IMG/VR virus record: IMGVR_UViG_3300002461_000080
Location: 1-47,770 of that record
DNA length: 47,770 nt
Strand: one strand, 5' to 3'
DNA from: a virus
Below the pieces are notes generated by a model. It made no database searches. It was given only the letters and a program-made list of their open reading frames with translations, and was not told the DNA's origin. Below are positions 15,097 to 24,000 of the stretch, piece after piece (within the stretch, counting starts at the first letter, position 1; each line of letters opens with the position of its first letter). Made by a program: the position numbers and the translations under genes.

Positions 15097-18000
15097 CTAC
15101 TTCGGCGCTCCGGAGATGAGTGCCATCGGGTTCGACGTCTTGCCCTCGACGAGCGCCGCGAACCCTTCGATCGTCCGCTTCACCTGTCCCGCAGGATAGT
15201 GGAACACGGCGCCGGCCGTGTCATTGAGTGACCGCCAGAACGCCGCGTCAGGCTCACCCTGTTCGACCTGCTGCACGAGCCGCGACGCGCTCGAGAACGC
15301 CCGCGCGCCGGCCGGTCCCTCGTAGCCGTAGCCGTTGCCGACGACGCCGGCGATCTCGCGCGTGATGACCATCGTGCCCAGGATGTAGGCAGCCTGCTCC
15401 CGCGCCAGCCGCACCGCGAGGTCCTCGTCGTCCTCGTCGCTGCCCGGCTTGATCGCCTCTCGCAGCGCCAGCCCCATCAGCGCCGGCACGGTGTAGAGCA
15501 GGAGGTAGTCGACCATCAGCCGGCCGATGTCCCCCGGCTTGCGGAAGTTGGTGCGCCGCGTCGACTCGGCCGCGAGGTTGTAGGTGACGTTGAAGAACGA
15601 ATAGAAATTCGTCCACAGCCGCAGGAGCGGCCCGCCGCGCTGGATGCCGGCGAGGTCCTTGACCTGCCCGCCGCCCTGCGAGTCGAGCACCGCCTGATCG
15701 GCCTGCGCGATCGCCGCCGCCTCGTCGACGCCACTCTCGAGCGCCTTCTCATACTGGCCGAGCCACGTCGGCAGGTCCGCGATGAGCTGCGCCTGCTGGA
15801 TGAGGAAGAAATAGCTATCCGCGACACCCTGCCGCGTCGCCTTGCCGCCGCTCACGCCCTTGAGCACGTCGTCGATCCAGCCGGAGAACGTGCCCGTGTT
15901 GACGCCGACGGCGTTGCGGATCTCGTTGATCTCGCGCTGCTGCGTCCGGCCGCGCTCGCGCATGAACGTCGACCGCTCCCGGACCCATGCCGCCGTGTTC
16001 TCCATCGTTGCCGCGTCGCGGAGCCAGCGCGCCATGCCGCGCGCTACCCACTTCGGCCCGATGCGGACCATCGACTGCGTGAGGCCGATCGGCTGGAGCA
16101 GCGCCGTCGTGATGTTCCAACCGAGCCCGGCGATCGTCGCGCCCTGCCGGAGATGGTTGATTGCGCGCTCGAACGCGCCGGTCGCCGGCACGTCCCCGAT
16201 CGCGATGTCGCGGACGCCGTTCTTGAGCTGCTTGTAGACGACGTCGCCGTGCGTCTCGTAGATCGCCGCCTGCACCGCCGGATGCCCCAGGACGCGGCCC
16301 ACGTCGATGAGCGTCTCGTGGTGGCTCAGGTCGTGGATGACCTGCCGAACGTGCTCGAACATCACACCGAAGTCCCGGCGGACCGGCAGCTTCACGCCGT
16401 CGACGCGCGCCTTCGTGTGCCCGCGCTTCGTCGTGCTCTGCGCGTAGGCAGCCGCTCGAGCCAGCCCCGCCTCCTCGACGTCGACGAACGCGCCGGCCTT
16501 CGCGCTCCGCCGCTCGTCATACTTGAGCGGGAAGTAGCCGCCAGCGAACTCCCCGAACGGCGTGCGGATCGTTGCCGCTTCGACCTTCTCCGGCGCGATG
16601 CCGTAGACGCGCTCCTGCTTCGCGGCGATGTCCGACCAATACCCGTTGATCATGTCGAGCACGCCCTGAACGAACTGCCAGTCGCTTTCCGACAGCGTCG
16701 CCAGGATGCCGGCGACCTGCTCGTCGGTCCACCGCTCGGAGCGCCGGATGCGGTCCCGGTTGCCCTCGTTGCCCCAATTCAGGGCGATGCCGATGCGCTC
16801 CATCTTCGATAGTGACCGGCCCACCGACGGCGCCAGCTCCTTCGTGTAAAGCGCCCGCTTGTCTCGAGCCGTCGGGAACGCCGCGTCGACGAGCGCCTGG
16901 AACTTCGCCGCCGCCTGCGCGTTCATCTCCGCCTCTCGAGCGCCGGCTTCGTTCAGCGGCCGGACGACCGCCTCCCACATGGCGCCGCCGTCCTCGAACC
17001 CGTCCATCTCGCGCACGAGGCTGGCGATCTTCCGGTGGCTGGCGATGAAATCCTGCACGCCGCGCATGCGCTCCGTCGACGGCCGGCGATCCATCTCACC
17101 GGCGCTCGCCGGCTTGCCCTTGAAGTTGGCGCGGATCGCCGTGGCGATCTCGTCGGCCGTGGCATCCAGCTCCCGCTGCGCCGCCGCCTTGAGTAGCCGG
17201 TTCTTGAGCCGCGCCAGATGCACCAGCGCCTTGAGGCCGTCCGTCACGCCGACGAGCTGCTCCACCGTGAGGTTCTGGTAGTTGGTTCGCAGCGCCTCGT
17301 TGAGCAGCTCCTCCGGCATGTCCGTCGGGAGCCCCTGCGACTCGAGCCCTTCGATGAACTTCACCAGCGACGCGCGGCGGTCGAGCGCCTGCTGGCTTAC
17401 CCGCGCGAACTCGAACCGATCGAGGATGCCGTCGATCTGGTCGAGATAGTTGTGCCCGGCGAGGCCGATGCTCGAGCGCGTCGTCGGCCGCGCCAGTCCC
17501 CGCGCGAACTTCACCCGCGCCTCGACGTCCTCGAGCACGCGCTGAGCTTCGCGGTAGAGCGCGAGGTTGAGCAGCTCCTTCCGCTTCGACTCGATCGCGC
17601 CGTCGTAGTCGGTGCGCGCGGCGCGCTCGAGCGCCTGCTGCGCGGCCCGGCGGCTGGCGTGCCAGAACACATCCGGCTTGACCTGCCGGATCTTCATGCT
17701 GGCGATCCGCGCCTTTGCCGCCGCGACGACGTCCTCGTGTCGCGGCAGCGCCGCGTTGATGACGCGCGCCCCGCCTCGAGCCTTGCGCCGCAGCTCCGAC
17801 AGCTCGGCCTGGAGCTGGTCGATCTCGAGCTGCTTGGCGCCCTCCGCGATCGCGACTCGCAGCTTCGTCTCCGCCTCGAGGAACCGGCGCTCGTAGTCCC
17901 GCTCCCGGCGCTCGGCTGCGAGCTGCCGGCCCGCCGCCTGCTCGAACGGCCGCACCGTGGCCCTCAGCTTCGCCAGGGCTCGCAGCTCGGCCCGGACGAT

Positions 18001-21000
18001 GACGTCCCGGTCCTCATTCGAGATAGCGGCCTGAGCGGCATTCTGGAGCGTCCCATCGAGCAACAGGCTCCCGTGCTCGGCCAGCATCCGCTGTTCGGTC
18101 CGCGCCCGGATGACCTCCCGCGCCGGCGCCGCCTCCGTAACCGCCTGGAGCAGCGCGTCGCCAGAGTCGTAGCCGAACATGCTGGCGACGAACTCCGGGT
18201 CGAGCCCGCCGTCGGCCGCGTAGATGTAGGGCCGTGGCAGCCGCTTGAGGTAGTCGAGCCCGTAGCGCGCGACGAGGATCGCCCGCGACAGCCGCAGCGG
18301 CTCCGTCTCGAGGCCCTCAACCATCGGGCTCCCGTCGGGCAGCGTCCCCCGCTGCATCGCCGCCAGCGCCCGGTAGACCGGCTCCGCGTAGACCTCCGCC
18401 GCGACCTCCGCCTCGATCTCGTTCCGCCGCGCCTTCCACTGCTTCGTCTGCTCGCGCTGAACCTCCGCCATCAGCCGGCGATCGAGCTGCTCGCGGGCCG
18501 TCCGGTTCGCCGCCTGGATGGTCCCCTCGTAGAGCGCGAACTCCTCCGGCGTCATGCCCGCCGACTCCGCCGTCGTGAACATCGGCGGCGCGTTGCGGAG
18601 GTCGTTGGCCTGTGCGATCGCCACGTCGCCGGCGACCATGCGGTCGACCACCGCCCGCACTTCCGGCGTGAACTGCACGCCGAGCCGGCTGAGCGAACGG
18701 TAGACGCCGAGAATCCACGCGCGGAACCTCGAGAACGCGCTCTGCAACCGGAGCGACGGCGCCTTGCCTTCGCCCAGGTATGCCTCGAACGCCGCCGCAA
18801 ACTTCTCGTGCTGGTCGACGCCGATGCCGGCGCGGCTGTCAACCTCGAACCACTCGAGCAGCGTCGCGTAGTCCGCGATGAGCGCCTGCTGCTGCGCGGT
18901 CCGAGTCGCCGGGTCGCTCGCCTTTACCTTGTCGACGAGGTCGCCCATCAGCTCGAGGAACAGGTGCCCCGACTCGTGGAGGAACGTCGTCAGGTCCGCA
19001 CGCTCGAACAGGCTGATGCTGACCTGCCGGCCAGGACCGAACCGGATCGCCCCGCGACGGCCGCGCTCCTCGGTCTGGTAGAGGATGCGCGGGTCGTTCG
19101 GGTCGAACGTGCCCACGTTGCCGACGGCGCTCTTGACCTGCTCCGGCTTGAACACGATGTAGTGAACCGTGTCCGCGTCCATGCCGGCCATCGGCGTGCC
19201 CATCTTCTTCTGGCTGCCGAACTTCGTGTCGACCGTCGTGTCGACGATGCCGTCGTAGCCGAGCCGCTCGATCGTCCGGCGGATGATCTCGCCGCGAATC
19301 AGGTTCCCCTGGTCGTCGGTCGCGTAGCCGAGCTGCTCGCTCGTGAGCAGGATCTCGATCGCCCCTCGGAGCGGGATGCCGTCGTAGTCGCGCGCCCGTT
19401 CCATGATGCGGTCGACGACGTCGCCCAGGTCGGAGAACTCGACGTCGTTCGCGAGGTCGACCTCCGCCTGGAGCGCCTCGAGGAACTCGAGCACGCCGCC
19501 GCCCTCGGTCGGGTCGTAGCCCTCGCGGTCGCTCAGCTCTTGGACGATCTGCTCGTCGTCCATGCCCTCCGCCCGCAGCTCCTCGACGTCGGCCGGCTCG
19601 AACGACGTGATCGGCTCGTCGTAGACGCGCGTGTAGTCGAGCAGTGACTCGTTGCGCCCGCCGAGCCGCGCCGGCCGCTCCATCTTGAGGTAGACGGGCA
19701 TCGTCATCCCGCCATGCTTCACGCCGAGCCGGTCGAGCGCCAGCAACCGCACCGCCGCGAACCGATCGTCTGGCGCCAGCGTCCGGTCCTGCCGCGTGAG
19801 GTCCTGCTTCGCCCGCGCGATCTCCTCCGGCCGCTCCGCGACGATCGCGTCGAGCTGCTCGATGATGTCCTCGTCGTCCATCTCGAGCGCGCTCTCGATG
19901 CGCTCCACTTCGCGCGACAGCTTGCTTGCGAGGTCCGGCCCCGCCTCGGTGGCGTAGTTGGCGCCGACGTCGCGCGGGTTGTTCGAGAAGTAGATGCCGG
20001 CGCCCAGGTCCGACTCGACGTTCGCCCGCGTGGGATCGAACGTGTCGAAGTCGCCCGTCGTGCCGTGGTAGACCACCAGCGGCTCGCCGTCCTCGTCGAC
20101 GATCTGGCTTTCCCCGAACCACTTCCGGAGGTTCTGCTCGCGCGCCGTCGAGCCGTGCGCTTCGTTCGACTGCTCGGTGACGGCCTGCACGAAATCGCGG
20201 CGCTCCTTGCCCGTGACCGGCTTGCCGTTCTTGTGCGTGAGCTGAACGATCGAGTCGTCGAACACGACCATGTTGCGGAGCTTCTTCCGCTTGCCCTGGT
20301 CGCGGCTGTTGGCGTCCTCGTATTTCAGCCCCGGCACGCCGGCAGCCAGGAGCTTGAGGCTCGCCAGCCGCGCCGCATCCTCCGCCGCGCGCTCCTCGAG
20401 CACTGCGAGCTGCACGAACTCGTCGTAGTCGGCGCCGAACTGCGCCCGCACCCGCTCCTCGCTCGAGCCGGATGCGATGCCGCCGCCCGTCGGCTGCGCC
20501 GGATGCTTCGCCCGCAGCTCCTCCGCGCGCTCGCGGAGCGGCTTGCGGATGCGCTCCTCCTCGTCGGCCTGGATGATGCGATAGGCCATCTCGCCGTTCG
20601 CCGGCTGCGACATGCTGCCGCGCTCGAGCGTGTAAGCCTTGAACGCGCTCTTGAGCTGACGCGGCCCGTTGTCCTTCGGCCCCAGGTAGCCGCGCCGCTT
20701 GAGGCCCTCCCGCACGAGGTCCTGCACCGGCTTCGGCTGCTTGTCGATCGGCGCGTCCCAATCGAGCATCTTCGCGACCTGCGCGTCGTCGATCTCGATC
20801 TGGTAGACCCCGCCCTTCACCGGGTCCCATCGCACGGACGCGGCGCCCGGCTTCGCCAGCTCGTCGCGGAGCCGCTTCGTCGCCTCGATGCCCTCGGTCC
20901 ACTCCTCGATCGCGAGGTCCTTCGCGTGTTGATCGAGCCACTCGAGCACGTAAGCCTGGAACCCGTCCTCGCCGCGCCCGAGCAGCTCGAGCGGATTCGC

Positions 21001-24000
21001 CAGGAGGTTCTCCGCCAGCGACGCGCGGACGTTCTCGATGTCGCTCTCCGATGCCCGGCGCGAGTAGTCGAACCCGTTCTTGTCATTCAGTCGCATGCTG
21101 CCGAGACGCATCTCGACCATCTGCGGCTCACCGCTCAGGGTGTCGAAGTAGTGCCCGGCGATCGCCGGGTCCTCCGCGAAGTAGAGGCCCCAACCGTAGG
21201 CAGCCGCGCCCTCGCCCGTGCCGATGTGCTCGACCGAGAAGCGATCGAAGTCGTGCGGGCTCCCGTGATAGAGCGGCTGGTCGAACTCGCGCACGCCGGC
21301 GCGGAACGCCCGGAGCTGCTCGCGCGACGGCCCGACACTGCGCGGCTGGCTCGGCCCGTCCGCGTAGACGGTCGGCTCGCGATACATGCCCTCGCGCGTC
21401 GTGAAGTCCTTCGCCCGGCCCCGGTTGTCGACGAACCCGAACCGCCGATAGAAGGTCCGCAGCCGCGACGCGCTCGAGGTCCGCTCCGTGTTCGGCGTAT
21501 ACGGCCAGCCCTTTTCCGCCGGCGACAGCTCGAGCCGGATGCCGCTGCGATCCGCCCACCGCGTCAGCTCGCGCATGACCTTCGAGCCGAGCCCCTGCCG
21601 AGCGGCGCCGCGACGGATGAGGATCGTCTCGAGCTTCACGACGTTCTCGCGGAGCGGGTCCACCCGCAGCTCGAATGACACCAGCTCGTCGCCGGCGGCG
21701 CGCTTCACCGTGTCCGCGAATGCGTCGGCCGTCTGCTGCGGGTCGGCCGTCTCCTCCGCCGGCAGACTTTCGCGGTCGATGACCACCAGCGCCGGGAACC
21801 GCTTCGCGCCGAGCAGCTTGAGCGCGTCGAACCGATGCGCGCCCTCGAGGATGTAAGGCCCCTGCTTGTCGACGACCACGATGAGCGGGTTCAGGACGTT
21901 GTTCTCGCGGATCGCCTCCGCCAGAGCCCGCGTGCGCTGCTCCTCACTCGTCGAGTAGAACGACGGCGCGTTCTCGCTGAACAGCGACATCGGCACGTCG
22001 CGGATGCCGGCCAGGACCTCGTAGTCCTCGAGCGACGCGGCGATCGACGACGTGTTCGGGACCTCCGCCTGGACGACGCGGCCGTCGACGACGTCATCCG
22101 CGACCGGATACTCTGCATCGAACGCCGTCGGCGCCGGCGTCACGTCCGGCTGGTTGTAGATGACCGCGTCGTCGCGATCGAACGCGCCGCTGTTGTTGTT
22201 CGCGTGCTTGACCTGCGTCGGTCGGAACGCGATGTATTGAACCTCGCCGTCCTCCGCGTCGCGGAACACAGCGCCGTCGTAGCCCATCGCCTCGTAGCGC
22301 GCGATGTCCTTCGGTCCCCACCCGATCCAGTCGTCGAAGTTGTCGATCTCGACCGGGTTCTCGATGCGCGCGTAGAGCGGCAGCACGATCACGCCGTCGT
22401 AGGGGTCCGGCACGTCCTGTGCCTTCGTCGCCTTCGGCGCCCGCTCCGCCCCGAACTCGAGCGCGACGTCGCTCAGGTTGGTGAGGTAGATCGGCAGCGT
22501 CGGGTCGAACGCATCGAACTCCACCGCCGTCCCGTGGAACAGCGTCATCGGGTTCCCGGCGCCGTCGACGACGACACTGTTGCCGAACCACCGGCGGAAC
22601 GCCGGCGAGTCGATCGGGTTCCACGGCTGGAACAGCGTCGTCTGGAAACCCTTGCGCTGCTCGACCTCGCTCGTGAGCCGGAACTCGTCCTCGACGTCCG
22701 ACATCTTCGGCGTCGGCCGCTCCTCCTCGCGCACGTCGCCCACGTCGCCAGGGAGTCGCGGCTGCGCCTCGCCGGTGTCGAGAAGGTCCGCCTTCGTCGT
22801 GAGCTGCTCGGCCGCGCCGGGCTCCTCGAGCTGGTCGAACAACGACTGCGCGAAGTCCGCCACGTTGAACGACGTGTCGACCGGGCCGTCGGGCTCGAGG
22901 ATGTCCCGCTCCATGTCGTCGACGTCGAGCAGGTCGACAGCCTGCCGGTCGACGTCGTTCCACCAGTCGCGCGAGAAGTCGATGCCGAGCCCCTTGAGGT
23001 CGCTCGCATCGGGAACCGCGCCGAGCCCTTCCGGGATGCCGTTCAGCCGGACGTCGTCGAGAAACGCGACGAGGTCCTCGATGTCCTGCAACCACGGCCA
23101 GCGGCCTTCCGCCTGGAGGTCTTGCAGCATGACGTCGAGCCCGAGCCCGCCGCGCTGCTCCTGCCGGATCTCCCACTTACCATCGATCTTCTTCCGGACG
23201 TTGACGAGCTTGCGCGGCTTGACGACGAGCACGCCCGGCACGCCGCCGACCTTCCCGAAGATCGTGCCCTCGCGGAGCCGCGCCATCTCGCCGGCCTGCC
23301 CGCGTTCGCTCTCGTAGATGCCGCCCTTCGCGGCGATCGCCTTGAGCAGTTGGACCGGGCTCTCCTCGTTCTGGATGCCCTTGATGTCGTCGAAGATGTC
23401 GAGCCGGTAGTCGAACTCGGCGCGGAACTTCCGCTCGTCGAGCGCCGGGTCTAGTGAACGCGCCGCGTCGAGCGCGTCCGCGTAGAGGCCGAGCCGCTCC
23501 GCGTTCGCATACGGTTCCAGCGGCCCGGCGGCGAGAACGTCTCCGTCTGCTCCGCCTCCTTCGCCGCGCGGCGGAGCGCCAGCTTCGCCGGCATCCCTGC
23601 CAGCACGCGCCGCCTGAGCTTCTCGAGATCCACCGGCATCGGTCCCCCCATCCTCCCGCGCGGGAAGGTTTCTGTCAACAACACGCCCGCCGTTGTCGGT
23701 CAGGACGCGGAACCCGTCCGGGCCGGCAATGCCGAACGTCTGACCCTTGCGCGGCTGGTAGTCGACCGCGTCGGCGCCGATGACCGGCGTGAACCGCCCG
23801 GCCCGGTCGAAGTAGCCGAACGCCTCGCCGCGCGCCTTCATGCCCTCGAGCCGGGACATCGCCTCGAAGGACGCGCCCGACTCGCCGCTGGCGTTGACCT
23901 CGAGCCCCGGTCCCTGGTCCCCTTCGCCCAGGACCGGCTCGATCGTCGCGCCGGCGGATGCCGCCTCGAGCGCCGCCATGCCGGGAACCTCGTCCCCGAA

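Noticed and set aside
17218-19647. Very long plus-strand ORFs: 17218..19647 (809 aa), 30495..32831 (778 aa), 24457..26487 (676 aa), 19714..21678 (654 aa), 35525..37447 (640 aa) and many others.
   Set aside because: They lie antisense to minus-strand genes that have clear motifs. Their products are Arg/Leu/Asp/Pro-rich with no recognisable domains, and they lack SDs. Such shadow ORFs are expected in strongly GC-rich DNA because stop codons are rare.
23451-23684. The alternative-frame 77-aa ORF starting right after the intragenic promoter-like motif, as a possible overprinted gene.
   Set aside because: The product is Arg/Ser/Thr-rich and low in complexity, there is no SD, and out-of-frame ORFs of this length are common by chance in this composition. 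It is kept only as a note under the motif finding.
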